Shown here: positions 26,743 to 39,286 of the stretch, piece after piece
Layout of the letters: every line of letters begins with the position of its first letter
How positions within the stretch are numbered: position 1 is the stretch's first letter
Assembly (NCBI GenBank): GCA_025201805.1
Contig: MU619254.1
Span: forward strand, 181,935-245,934
Length of the DNA stretch: 64,000 bases
Source of the DNA: Parasitella parasitica NRRL 2501
Taxonomy: Eukaryota > Fungi > Mucoromycota
Reading direction: 5' to 3'
The notes under the pieces: model-generated
Databases searched by the model: none
The model's input: the letters and a program-made list of their open reading frames with translations, nothing else
What the model was told of the DNA's origin: nothing
Translations under genes and position numbers: made by a program

Positions 26743-27650
26743 CTATGCCTCCTTGGTCTCAACACTCCAAACCAAATATCCAATTGCGACTGTATCCAAC
26801 ATTCTATCTTTGACTACAACCTCAGTCTTGATTTCATGCCTTCCCTCCTCTAAATCACTCGGGAGCGTATAATCCGAGCTAGCAGTCAGAAGTCCGCATG
26901 CCTTCTTCTTGTACTATACAAACAAATTTGTTCAGTAAAAACAAACACCTCAATACAACAAAAAGGCGCTTACCTCCATCTTGATCGACGTCAGAATTGC
27001 TTTGTCCTTCTTTTTCAGATTGCTCAATAGTGCTAACCCGCCTGTTGTTTCAGCAAATGTTGCCAGTGCCGTTGGATGAATTCTACTCATTGGATTAGAA
27101 TGGCATGTTTGTGTCATGTAAATCTCTGCAATTACCCTTTCTGTGTGTTATGTGTGCTATGACGATCCTAAAATAGTATTACATTATCCTTTTCAATTAA
27201 TAATTTGCCCGTAGACATTAGATACATGTGTCCCACTATACTATACCCGCATAATAGCAGTACAGAACCCACGTGAAAAAGTAGAGACACGCATGTCTAC
27301 ATGACTTTAAAAATAAATACATCAATAAACGCTGCAATAGTCTTACCAATAGAACGGGCGTAAGGGTCACTGCTGTTCAAAAGTCGAGCAAACGTCCAAG
27401 GTCGAAAAATTTTCACTACAGGTTTGCCCAGCTTTTCCCAAATCATTAATGGATGGCGTCCATGTCGCAGGGTCACCAGGATGTAGACGATATAAGCAAG
27501 CGTAAAAAACATCAAAACTGCTACAAGTCGACTGAAGATTGTCCACTCTAGTTTCAGAGCGACTTGCACCAAGTGAATAGTTGCTTCCAAATGTCCATAC
27601 AAGGCTGCAATAAGTGGCGAAGTAGAAGCTTCGGGTAATGGTGATTTCAT
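26743..27650 (-). CDS. hotdog-fold thioesterase-like protein (PaaI/DUF4442-type) with N-terminal hydrophobic segment
   Basis: spliced DPYARSI-DMRVSTFSRGFCTAIMR-DRHSTHNTQKGIHPTALATFAETTGGLALL...IKME-YKKKACGLLTA; 5 exons. Confidence 0.7.
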
Positions 27651-27797
27651 CGTATATCTTTCTGCGGTGAATGCTCCAGGTAATTTTGCCCTGCTGTTGT
27701 TGATCTGTTTCTGCACGCACAGAAAAGAGAGTGAAAAGGGCGATAGCAACACAATCTCAAAGATGTTATTAAAATACCAAAATCCTTCGGATCCTTA

Positions 27798-27799
<2 letters not shown>

Positions 27800-27830
<31 letters not shown>
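27800..27830. repeat. (CA)n microsatellite
   Basis: acacacac run. Confidence 0.9.
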
Positions 27831-27832
<2 letters not shown>

Positions 27833-28898
27833 TCGTGGCAGAGACACTCTGAACACGGATCCTGCTCGTTTTTGATGGCAAAAACATTTAGATTCATGCT
27901 CGCAATTGCAATAAATGTATGTGATTGCGTACACGCCCTCATCGTCAGAATTCTGGAGGAGGGAATTGATAATCTTTGATTTTACGATATGTCATTTCAG
28001 ATAAATATTTGCATACATCATAATAATAAATTCCCCCCCCCCTTTTTTTTAACGTCTATTAAACTAAGAACACGTTTCATCGTTGCAGCCTTGTAATCAT
28101 TCATTTCTTTTCCTAGCCCTGCAGAAATCTGTCAGCTGCTTGCAGTAAGCAATTGATGCGGTATATACATTTAGAGCCGAGTTGCTGTCCCAAAGTGAGA
28201 AGTTTTGCGTCGGATCGAAAAAAAAAAGAAAAAAAACCCTCAAGTCGTATGACAAAGATGTTTCTGCTAATGATCAAGATCAACATTCACAGGAATAAAC
28301 GCCAATGGCGGTTCCGTTATTTATATCGTATCGAGGGGGTACATAAACAAGTACAAGCGCCAATCTCATATAATCAAGACGTGGCAGTTAAGCCTCTTTT
28401 GCAAAAGTCAAGTTTCCTGGGGCGAATACCTTGATATTTGTGGTCGTAAACATTTTGCCTTGGGAGTCGACGACGGTAATTAACCTAATTTCAATCAAAA
28501 CTTTGATTGGCGAGGTGGTATCTTTTTTGCAAATGGTTATTTGAAATTCGTTTTATGCGCTTTCCACTGTCCGGTTAGTGGTAGCTGGTTTACAAAAATC
28601 CGGATCGGGATAAGGAAGCCTGAGAGACTGGAAGCTCACTCGTACACATGAAAGGAGACGATGGTGCTTGGTAAGTAGATTCTTTCTTTTTCCAAAACCA
28701 TAGGTGAGTGACTCTAACAGTTTAAAGATGTTGTCGTGAGCAGATGGATATAGTCGCTGCGATGACTCTGCGCAATAGATGGATGGAATGCAGCAACTAT
28801 ATCACAAATGCAAATGAACATCTGTAATATGTCATGGATGAATCTAGACACTCACGATTTTTTTTTTCTTTTTCAAACATGGTAATTAGATATCTACA

Positions 28899-29351
28899 AT
28901 GGCTCAACGTCTCACCTACAGACGCCGCTGTTCTTACAACACTCGCTCTAACCGTGTCAGAGCTGTCAAGACTCCCGGTAAGAAAGAAAGCAATCACAAA
29001 ATGCATGGAGATATTGACATAAAACACAGGTGGAAAGCTCGTCGTTCAATACGAAAAGAAGCCTGTCAAGGCTCCTCGCTGTGGTGACTGTGGCGAGAGC
29101 CTCTCTGGTGTAAGTTGATGCGATGGAGATTTTGAAAGATCAAGATTTTATTGATGTCATGTTTTATACTATATGTGTAGATCAAGGCTCTCCGTCCTCG
29201 TGAGTTTGCTACCGTTTCCAAGACCCAAAAGAACGTTAGCCGTGCCTATGGTGGATCCCGCTGTGCTCACTGCGTCCGCAACCGCATTGTCCGTGCTTTC
29301 TTGATTGAAGAGCAAAAGATTGTCAAAAAGGTTCTCAAGGCCCAAAAATAA
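28899..29351 (+). CDS. RPL34: 60S ribosomal protein L34 (eL34), 3 coding exons
   Basis: [10 protein letters not shown]...VKTPGGKL...PRCGDCG...[35 protein letters not shown]. Confidence 0.97.
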
Positions 29352-29439
29352 ATCGAATAACTTTTTGGATTCATGAGGGGGGGATTTTTTTAAAAGAGAT
29401 AAAAACATGGCATTTATTCTTTTTCTATATGGTACAAGT

Positions 29440-31673
29440 TTATTTCTTTTGACGTTTGCCAGTGTTATTGGATTTTTCTAGGTTAGCTTTGCGCTTCACT
29501 GAGGCAACCAAGGATTCGAGAGATGACTTTGAGGGTTTGTCCACAGACATTGCTGCTGCTGCTGCTGCTGCTTTTGATTTCTTTTCCTTTTTCCATTCAT
29601 CGTTCACAGTTGCTGTAGCGTCTTTCATCTTTGATTGCCTAGCGCTCATCAGCTTCTGCATGCTTTTGGTCTTTTTGAACTGAGGGTTGGTGGGGTCAAT
29701 CGCAAAATGATGCGACTCCTGGACAGCAGCAAAACGAGGATCGCTGACGTTGATCTCAAAGTCGTCTTCGCCTAAATCAGCCGCCATCTTCTTGCCCTTT
29801 TTGCCCTTCTTCTTTTCTAATTTCTCTCTTTTAAGGACTTGCTTCATATTGAAACCCTCGCTCTTGCCATCATCGTCCATGAGTAGCTCAAGCTCAGCTC
29901 TTTCACGAGCCTTCTCCTCACGCTCCTGCTTGGAAGCTCTCTTCTTTTTGGCATTCTTTGATTCGTTGGATTTGGCAACAAATCCTTCATCGGCCATTTC
30001 CTCCATAGCCTGCTTGAAGAAGGGATCGTTCTTTGTTTCAGCATCCATGTCCGCTATAGCAAACGAGTTAGTAATTTTTTTTTTTTTTGTATCAAGTCAA
30101 CACCCTCAACGACTTACAATCGCCTTCATCTTGCTCAGATTCGTCTTTCTTGTGTTTGTCTGCCTTTTTGGCTTGTCTTTTTTCCTTTTGCTTGCGCATG
30201 TATTTTTCGATAGAAGTTTCTTCCGCAGGCTCATCTTTGCTCTTTTCGCTGACAAGAGCACCAGCAGCTTCACTCAAACCAGGCGTGAATGAGATTTCCA
30301 TATCACCATCATCGTCGCCCTCGTCAACTTTATCTTTGTACGCAGATTGTTCATTCGCACCACCCAATAGCTTTCGGTATTTCTCGCGCAGAGCATCAAC
30401 GTCTTCATCGTCTTGTTCATCGTCATCAGAGGAAGCAAGATAAACATCAAAGTCAAGGTCTTTGATATCGTCTTGGGTGAAGTTTCTTCGGGTTATCTGG
30501 AAACGGTCCACATCGTCTTCATCCCAGGTCAAACTTACTTTTGTGCGTTGAAGAGCCTACTTGATGATGAGTGGATGACATGCTAAACATAATGCAGCAA
30601 AAACTTACGTCAGTCTTGAATTTGGTGGGTTGGTAACCTTCAGGGGCAACAGTGGCTGTATCCTTGGGCTGGTCGTCAAATGTCATGTCTTGGGGTATAT
30701 AACGCAAATCAAAAAAGTTTGCACTGCTTTCATACTCGGTGTTGTCGCAGGCTCTGTAAATAACTTTGGCGGTTTGAGCAGAATCACACTCGACAACTGC
30801 ATAGTAGTACTTGAGTCTGTCCAACTGATATTTACGCAACGCTTCTTGATCGAAATCTTGGCCATCTCCCTCTTCCAGTTGATTCTTAATGACGGTTTCG
30901 GCAGTTACCTCCTCGTCAGACTCGTCATCACTGCCGCTGTTCTTTTTCTTGCTTTTGAAAATGTCCTTGGGAGGGCCTTGAGTTTCTTCTAATGCCAAAC
31001 GCTCTTTACCAAATTCAGAGGGGTAGATGGTGACACTCTTGATACTACCAGTATCGGGCTTGAAACCGCCCAGCACTTTTAAAATGTCGACAGCCTTAAT
31101 CTTGTCCCAATCCATGTTGACCAAAGCCAAGCGGCTCGTCTCGTCCCCTTCCTCGATATGTTTGATACGGTCCATCTCATCCACTTCACTCTCTGCATCG
31201 CTGTCGACCTCACTCTCATCCGACGAATCCTCATCAGATGAAGTCAGATCACCACGACCACGCATACGGTCGTATCCAGTCTTTCCGTCCGCTTGATCTC
31301 TTTCGTCGCTGGACTCTTCATCGGCCAGATTATCAGGATCTTCAGCCAGCTCCTTTTCCAACTGTTCCAAGCTCTTATCGTGTTGTTCGTCATCCTCGTC
31401 ATCCTCGTCAGAATCCTCCAATTGATAGAAGCGCTCCAGCTCTTTCTTGGCATTTCCCTGTTGTAGACGACGACCGTACTTGTCTACTCGGGGACCATCA
31501 CTGAAATCCTTGGAATCCATCATTGATGCAAAACGTTTGTCGATGGTGACCTTCATGTCCTTTTTCTTGGGTCGCAAGAAACGAGGATCATGATGGACAC
31601 TAGCAAAACGAGGGTCGTTGGTGATAGGAGTCTTTGGTGCTCTGTTCTTGTTGTTGGATTTATTCGATGCCAT
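29440..31673 (-). CDS. ESF1: pre-rRNA processing protein ESF1
   Basis: DPRFASVHHDPRF, RLALVNMDWDKIKAVD, YPSEFGKERL, LRKYQLDRLKYYYAVVEC, TWDEDD; NUC153-like DPRFAAVQESHHFAIDPTNPQFKKT. Confidence 0.95.
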
Positions 31674-32159
31674 GGTAGTCTTTGAGCAAAAAAGAAGTAG
31701 TTGAGCAAATGTCAAATGTCAAATTGAATTTTTTTTTCTTTTTTTTTTTTTTTCCTTAGTCTTCTCAAGAAGCCTATGATATACCGTCACTGTCAAGCCA
31801 CCGTTGCCAAAGACTATACCGTATACGGTAGCATTTGGCATGAATGGCATGGGAACTAATGATGGATGATTTCCCTCCCTAATGACCTCTAAATGTCGAA
31901 TTAGTAATAGAAATAGTTTTATAATTTGGCTCGAGATATTTTTGTCTGGAATATGTGGTAAAGTAGATACGTAAAAACCATGTTGAAAGTGTACTACATG
32001 ATGAAATGGTCCCTAACTCTTCCTTAAAACTCAGTGCTTCTGTTTGCTATATGGTGAGTGAAAAGAACAGGACGGTCACTATGGTGCAGAGACTGATCAT
32101 TTCAACATTCTAAACAATTCTTTATTTTTCTTTCCTCATAAAAAGAGTCGTATAAAACG

Positions 32160-32825
32160 ATGGTATTGAATTAAAGACTACTACGTGATGTCGACATGCT
32201 AATTCTTTCTAGGATAACCACACCATTCTCTTATTGCAAGCGCAATCAGGACAGTCGTAAGATGTTGAAATATCTGCCACGCTGTTTCGTTTGTACAAAA
32301 TACTAACCAAAAAAATTACAACACTGCAGCTCAAGAACTTATTAGTGAGTAGACAAATGTACGTTGCCCGATTCAGACGTCAGGCTAATTTTTGATTGTA
32401 GCGATTTCCCATCAGAAAGCGAAGCTATGGACCGTAAGTAGAGACCATTTAATGCAGCGGAACTAGGATGCTTACCGATGATGGTATTAGACATTGCCGG
32501 TCTATATGAGCGTCGGCTTGCCAAAGAAAACCCTAATGCAGGACAAGTACAATATAGGTTGGTATCGGCGAGCTCAAGAGGATGAAAAAAAAAAAAAAAA
32601 ACTAGGCCACTAAATCGCAATGTATAGAGCTGAGGATCTTTTCAGATTCATTGACACATATAAAGAGTTTGTTGCTCTTGTATTCGATGCAAAGAGACTT
32701 GTAAGTTTTTCTGCACATGTCCACCGAAACGACAATTAACGTTATAGAGCGAATAGATATACCAACCACGCGATAAAGATTGGATCAAAGACCGTCTGAT
32801 CACCCATTTCAGCGGGCAGCAGTGA
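32160..32825 (+). CDS. ERH: enhancer of rudimentary homolog, 7 exons (missed by ORF track)
   Basis: manual splicing gives MDNHTILLLQAQSGQSSRTYYDFPSESEAMDHIAGLYERRLAKENPNAGQVQYRAEDLFRFIDTYKEFVALVFDAKRLIYQPRDKDWIKDRLITHFSGQQ*, matching the ERH pattern HTILL.Q...RTY.D...YE..LK..NP...Y...LF.FID...LV...YQP..KDWIK. Confidence 0.9.
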
Positions 32826-33373
32826 ATCAGCAGCCCGTACATTGTAGCAACCAGAATTCACGTCGTAGACGCTATTAGGATGAAAAGACAGAGAGAATAC
32901 ATGTATAGATACATGTCATATATAAATAAAAAAAAGAAAAAAAAAAAGAAAACAAACATTTAATCATGTACGTTGACCCTGACTTACACAAACTGGTTCG
33001 TTCATAAGAAGCGCGTGCACGAGTTCAATTAAGGCAGCCGCAAAAAAAGAGCAATCTATATTTGTACAATGAGCAGGTACATCTCAGCAACCAGTCCCAC
33101 CCAAAGGTGCGAGAGAGAAAGAAAGAAGAGACGAGGAGGAAGGAGGAGGAGGAAGAGGAGGAGGAGGAGGAGGAGGGAGATCCACAAATTTTTAGAAATT
33201 TTCGTTATATACCACCTCTTTTGAATTTCCCTCTTCCACCCCCCTTTTTTTGTTATTCTTTTCATTTTTATTATATTTGAACATCAAAATATACCAAGTA
33301 AATCACACACACACACAAACATTTTAAAATTGATGGAGCATCTTATTATTTTGATTTGCAATCTAGGGAAAAG

Positions 33374-34452
33374 ATGTCAGTGTACAAACCTGTTGTTAAT
33401 TTGCCAGGGAAAAAGCGCAACACGATCAAAGTCAGCGATGGCAGCCCAAAGGAGCTGCTGTTTGATCCCACCGACTGCCTTGTCTCTGATACACTGTATC
33501 TGAGCAAACTGCCCGCTGATATCAGAGAAAGCGATATTCGCACATTGCTGCAACATTGCATGCCCATCGAGTAAGTTGGTTACTAATTTATTTATCAAAC
33601 TCCTACCCTTCCAATAACATGTGTCTCTTCTTATTAAAAAAACAAAAAAAGAATATGTATTGATCGAGAAAAAGACATTGGGCATTTGCGGTTCAGCCAG
33701 GCTAAATATGGTACGTTTATGACCAGAGATACTCGAGCTGGATGTATACTAATTCAAACAAGCCGACAGAGCCTACTCTCTCTACAACGGATTCACGTTT
33801 ACAAACAATACAAAGTTAGAGTTACAGATGTATCAGGACAAGCGATTAGATCCCGAGGCTAAAGCCGCATTGCTGGAAATTAACGGCCTGCCCGAGCAGT
33901 TTGATGACAACAAATTGTACGATATATTCCGTCCATTTGGCCCATTGAACCTGTGTAAATGTGTAATGAAGGACGGCGCTTTCAAAGGCACGGCTTTTGT
34001 TCAGTTCTTCAATCCGCACAGCTCGAATGAAGCAGTGGCTCAGATGGTATGTGTGCTATTGGTGAGTTTATTGTCATTCAACCTAACCTTTTCTTGTTTT
34101 GTACATCAAGGATGGTAAGCATAATCTGTAAGTAATTTAATTCCAGGGGATGAAAAAAAAAGGGTTCACCTATTATTATTGTATACACTGTGTTTTATTT
34201 CCCAGTAGTGTTTTAAAGGCTTATTTAAGGAGAATACATATTAACTCTTTTATTATTTTGCTTTTCTTTCTTCCTTCTTTCTCCAGATCTGTTGTCCCTT
34301 TTATGCCCTCAAAGTCGCATGCATCCCAGCAGCAACAACAATATCAAGAAGAGGTAATGTGTTAAAGAGTGTAGAGTGTTGAGCAAATATGCAAATTCCT
34401 TATAACACGCCGCTCTCTCCAGTCTTTAAATAACAACAGCACAGATAACAGC

Positions 34453-34483
<31 letters not shown>

Positions 34484-36072
34484 CTAGTCCTAATTCAGAA
34501 GATCCTAATTCAGTAGATATCATGAATTTATACATCAAAAACCTTGATCCTCAGGTAATGAACGACGAATTGACTCGAGCCTTCCAGAATTATGGCCGGA
34601 TCATTTCGGCCAGAGTCATGACAGATCCCAAAACAGGGCAGTCAAAGGGCTTTGGCTTTGTCAGTTTTGGTACGCCTGAAGAGGCTGCCAAGGCCTTGAA
34701 AGGGATGAATGGCTCCATACTTCACAAAAGACGGCTTGCAGTTGCCTATCACGAGCCCAAAAAGGGGAGATCAAACACCTATTACCACCAGCATCAGAAC
34801 GGCTCCCAGCACAACAATGGCAATAATAATATGAGTTACTGTAAGCTCCCTAAATCAATCACAACGTACCATGTATAACCTAGTTTTCTACTAGTGCCTA
34901 ATGGCCTCGGGATCGACAATATAGAGGAACTAAGAAGAAAAATGGACATTGACAACCTTTCCATTGGCCAAAAGCCTCCTTCATCGCACACTGCTACTAA
35001 TACAAAACTTCCACATCACCCATTAACTCCATTTTCTTCCTCGCCCACGTCAGCTGCAAGCAACAATATGTCACTAGCCTCTCTTGCACAAGGTTACAGT
35101 ATCCAGTCACCACCTCTAATGCAGCAGCAGCAGCAGCAGCAGCAGCAGCCACAACAACAACAGCAGCCACAACAACAACAACAACAACAACAACATCAGC
35201 AGCAGCAGCAGTACTCGGTTAACAACGGGCGACCTACTTTGCGTCGCCGTGGTTCGTTAGAATCTGTAATGACAGAATCTAGTGCCAACAACCAAAGAAT
35301 CAAATTAGAGGAAGCAGTTCGCAATTGTGGTGACTACGGCAAAGCGACATCGGATATCGTCGACATGTTGCTGACGCTGAAGCGAAAAGAAAGATCGCTA
35401 TGCTTGTTTAACCCTGATTTTCTCCGTGACAAAGTAAAGTTGGCATTGGAGGCTTTGGAAACATGCAATGAGACCGACAGCGATGAAGATGAAGACGAGG
35501 ACGAGGACGACGTACATGGTTCGGACATCGTGTATGACTCGAGAAATGCTAAAAATCTAGACCTGACTGCACCCCCTCTTCCGTCGTCGTCATCATCATC
35601 AGCAGTGCAGCCGTCGTTTTATCCACACATTCATCGCAATAATATACCATCAAGAGCCATTCCCATCACTTCCCCAACTGCTGCCCAACTAGGAAACGCT
35701 GCTTCATCCGCCAAACTGGCAGAAAATGCCAAGCTGTCAGGAACAGGAACATCTGTAAACAAAGAGGTCGAATCCATGTTGGCTTCGTTTCAGGGAAAGC
35801 CAATCCATGAGCAGAAGCAGCTGTTGGGCGACAAACTATTCCCACTTGTCAAGGTAAGCTTTATATATATATATATATATATACTTATTCAAGGAACAAC
35901 ATCCCGCTCACAATTCTGGATATAGTCTACTGGCACCAAGCAAGCACCCAAAGTAACCATTCATCTACTGGATACAGTCAACTTGAATGAATTAGCGCGT
36001 ATCATGCTTGATACCTCATTGCTGAAAAAACATGTTGAAGAGGCTTATAGTTTTTTACAACGACAGCCTTAA
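33374..36072 (+). CDS. multi-RRM protein with C-terminal MLLE/PABC domain (polyadenylate-binding-protein-like)
   Basis: RNP motifs LYLSKLP, FKGTAFVQF, NLYIKNL, SKGFGFVSF; MLLE-like QKQLLGDKLFPLVK...APKVTIHLLD; polyQ; 17-nt micro-exon 34111-34127. Confidence 0.85.
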
Positions 36073-38403
36073 AGCTTTAATGAGTCTGTTATAATCTGAT
36101 TCTGTCGATTATTCAGTTCAGATTCTTCGTTTTCGTAATAAATTCTAGCTCTTTGTAAACCATAAAAGTACTGCGATGGAATGTGATCCATCAAAAAGAA
36201 GGGATACAGCTTCTCGATAAAGTAAATGGGGTTGCCAGTGGGGAGATGTCTCTGTGCCCAAGGCTTGTAGATGAAAAACTTTGCCCAATTGGGTAACATG
36301 GCCTGCTGCTCCTCGATACGCTCTTCCTGCTGCGGCTTCAAAAGCTTCTTGTGAACGACTACCTGATGCTGATTGCTGCTGCTGCTGCTGCTGCTGCTGC
36401 CGTTGCCCTTGCCCTTGCTGCTATCAGTGATGATTTTTAGCTGCATGGGTGGTTGATAGCTGGAGGGGTACGATTTCAATGGCTTGGAGTGCCATTTGTG
36501 GGTGATCTGGATAGCATGTCCTACATGAGAGTAATTGAAAAAGTCTGATTCCGACATGAAACGACCTTTTTTTTTTTCAGGGAGAGAGAGAGAGATAGGG
36601 AGACAGACATGTTATTAGATCATTGATCGTCATATAGGAGTGTGCTCATATACTCTACCACATGTTTTGCTATCATATCCTGGAGGGAGCCTTGAAAATA
36701 TATCAGATTTGTTGATGATACGGAACAAGGTCGATGCTCGTGTCACAGGCTGGTTTGAGTGAGAAGCAAAGGTCGACGCAAAGTCGCTGTCGCCTACTGC
36801 TGGTGTTCCTATCACGTAGGCGTCGCGGAGCACTAAGCGACGACCGAGATCAGAAGGGCACTTGAGCCATCTTGAAAACAAAAGAGAGCTCAAGGCAGCA
36901 CCTGCATTAGGCACATAAATCAGCCCAAAAAATATCAAAACAATCATGTATGTAATGTACCAAGTGAATGTCCTGTGATCCAAAGTTGCACAGGCTCATG
37001 TGTGCCTAGCTGATTTTGTATTTGCTCGGCCTTGTCCTGAACAGCTGCGAGGATGGCTCCGTAAGGGTCACGCACGTCCTGATCACCAAAACCGCTGGTG
37101 CTGAACAGCGACTCGTAGAACCCTTGGTGGACACATCCAAACAAGTACGAGCGAGCGTCCGTACGCTGAAACGTAGCGTCGACAAGGAACTCTTCATAGT
37201 TGGTTGGCGTAGTTCCCTTGAAGGCTACGAGGATAAAGGGGACAGTCTCGGACCAAAAGATACCACAAAAGGGGCCGCCTAAAGACTTGAGCTCAGAGAC
37301 GCCTGCAAAGTGCAAGCCCCAGCTCTCTGCGATCTGGCGGATACGAGACTCAGACTCCCATAGCAGCTCCTTCATTCTGCTTTCAATGATATTTTCTGCC
37401 TGCGCTTCCATTGCTGGATTTTTATGAGTGCCGGCCTTTCTTGACGCGGCGTACAGGTCGTAGGCTTCCTTCACCTTGCGTGCATCGCGTTCGTAAATCA
37501 GCGATGACAGCAGCACAAAAGTTTGAGCTATAGAGAGATCAAATGTGCGTCGTCTGCAGCCTGAAACGCTAATGGGCGCTGCATGCAACCCCAGAGCGGG
37601 CAGCGTCTTTTGCACGAGTTGAGCAGATGAATCCGACAACAAAAGCTCCGGCGCGCCTGGATATACAACAGCGGTTGTCAATAATGCCTTCCCCCTTTTT
37701 TCATGTGTTTGCAAGTTACAAGTGCGACTTACCCCAATTGATAGCTCCAAATCCCTGGCCGTACTTTAAGCTGATGTATCGAACCACTTCATTGCCTCTC
37801 CATGTCTCCATGAACAACTTGAGCCCTATTTCAAACAACACGAGAAATGTAACGCTGCTAGGATACACAAAAATCAAGGCTGCAGAACTGATTGGCGCCG
37901 TGAAAAGCATAGGCCAGTTGAAGTAAAACGTCAGGAACAGATTCTTGAAGCCGTTAATCATGTAACCAAGATAAGGCCATGGGCGGCTTCTGCCCGGCTC
38001 TGGTACCCCTTGCTGACGGAAGCTCTTGAGTATGCTGTGCCCCTGTTTCTTGTCGATAAAGATGGGGATCCCAGAAACGCTCGTCATAGCATGGCCCGAG
38101 TCATCTCTTTCTGTCGTTTTATGGACAGACTTTTTGGATCCGGTGGTAGTTGTGCTGCTGGTGCGACTATGGCCGCTATCTTGGTGATGGTGGTAATGGT
38201 GGTGGTGGTGGCTATGATTGGGATCTTCCTTAGCGTACAACGGTTGCTTTACGTTGGTGACTTTGGCGGTAGTGTCAGAAGAATTGCTACTGGCATCAAG
38301 TGACCTGGATCCTTTCACTGCATGGCATGGTTTGAATGATCAGTTTGCAATTTACAGTACCCATTGACTTACTGTGATGAAGACTATGCGAATGCGCTGA
38401 CAT
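36069..38403 (-). CDS. lipase class 3 (alpha/beta hydrolase) with N-terminal hydrophobic segment
   Basis: ILVAFKGT, VHQGFY, LWITGHSLG(A)ALSSL nucleophile elbow, GTPAVGD, INKSDIFSRLPP, DHIPSQY. Confidence 0.88.
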
Positions 38404-38439
38404 GTACTATTTTTACTGTGATAAAAAAAAACCAAGGAA

Positions 38440-38447
38440 TAGAGAGA

Positions 38448-38481
<34 letters not shown>
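38440..38481. repeat. (GA)n microsatellite
   Basis: agagagag run just upstream of the lipase ATG. Confidence 0.85.
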
Positions 38482-39067
38482 AAGAGGTAGAAAAAATACT
38501 TGTGTGCTACTATCACATACAACTGTTAATGTGGGCGTTTTATTGTTTGGCCGTTCTCGTTTTCATTTTGAAAATCTTGTTTCATCTTGTCATTAATAAT
38601 GCTGCCCTGCACCAGGAACATTGTGTTGGATAAACAAAATCATATGCCAACACGAAATACATAGGCTAGCCCGGACGAAATTTGTATTTAGGCAAATTTA
38701 AACATGAAACGCCATGTATCCTTTTCTTCTTCTTTTTGTGTTTACACGCTTATGGTCGAAATGATTGTCCATATCACAGCCTTACATGATCTTCAAAATA
38801 CATTTCAAGTTTGGCATTCAAACAGCAAATTGTTAGCATCTGTGATTTGAAGTGTTTGCTTCAACCCAATACGGAAGCAGGGCAATGCTATCAAGGATTG
38901 CAGCTTTGTATATTTGGGAAAAAAAAAGTTCATTGACAAATACTACAAAGTGCCGGAATCTCTATGGCTCCATCCATTGCTGCTGCAGCTACTATAGATA
39001 CATTTTGTTTGCAAGGATTGCAAATTCTTTAATACGTTTTTTACTTTTTTTTTTTTTTTTTTTTTTT

Positions 39068-39267
39068 NNNNNNNNNNNNNNNNNNNNNNNNNNNNNNNNN
39101 NNNNNNNNNNNNNNNNNNNNNNNNNNNNNNNNNNNNNNNNNNNNNNNNNNNNNNNNNNNNNNNNNNNNNNNNNNNNNNNNNNNNNNNNNNNNNNNNNNNN
39201 NNNNNNNNNNNNNNNNNNNNNNNNNNNNNNNNNNNNNNNNNNNNNNNNNNNNNNNNNNNNNNNNNNN
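39068..39267. other. assembly gap (N run)
   Basis: N run. Confidence 0.99.
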
Positions 39268-39286
39268 TTCTCTTCAACTTGCAGCC

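Noticed and set aside
28600-28890. possible snoRNA in the probable 5' UTR intron of RPL34
   Set aside because: No convincing C/D box pair with terminal stem or H/ACA structure seen
32342-32842. minus-strand ORFs of 92 and 64 aa
   Set aside because: Antisense to the spliced ERH gene
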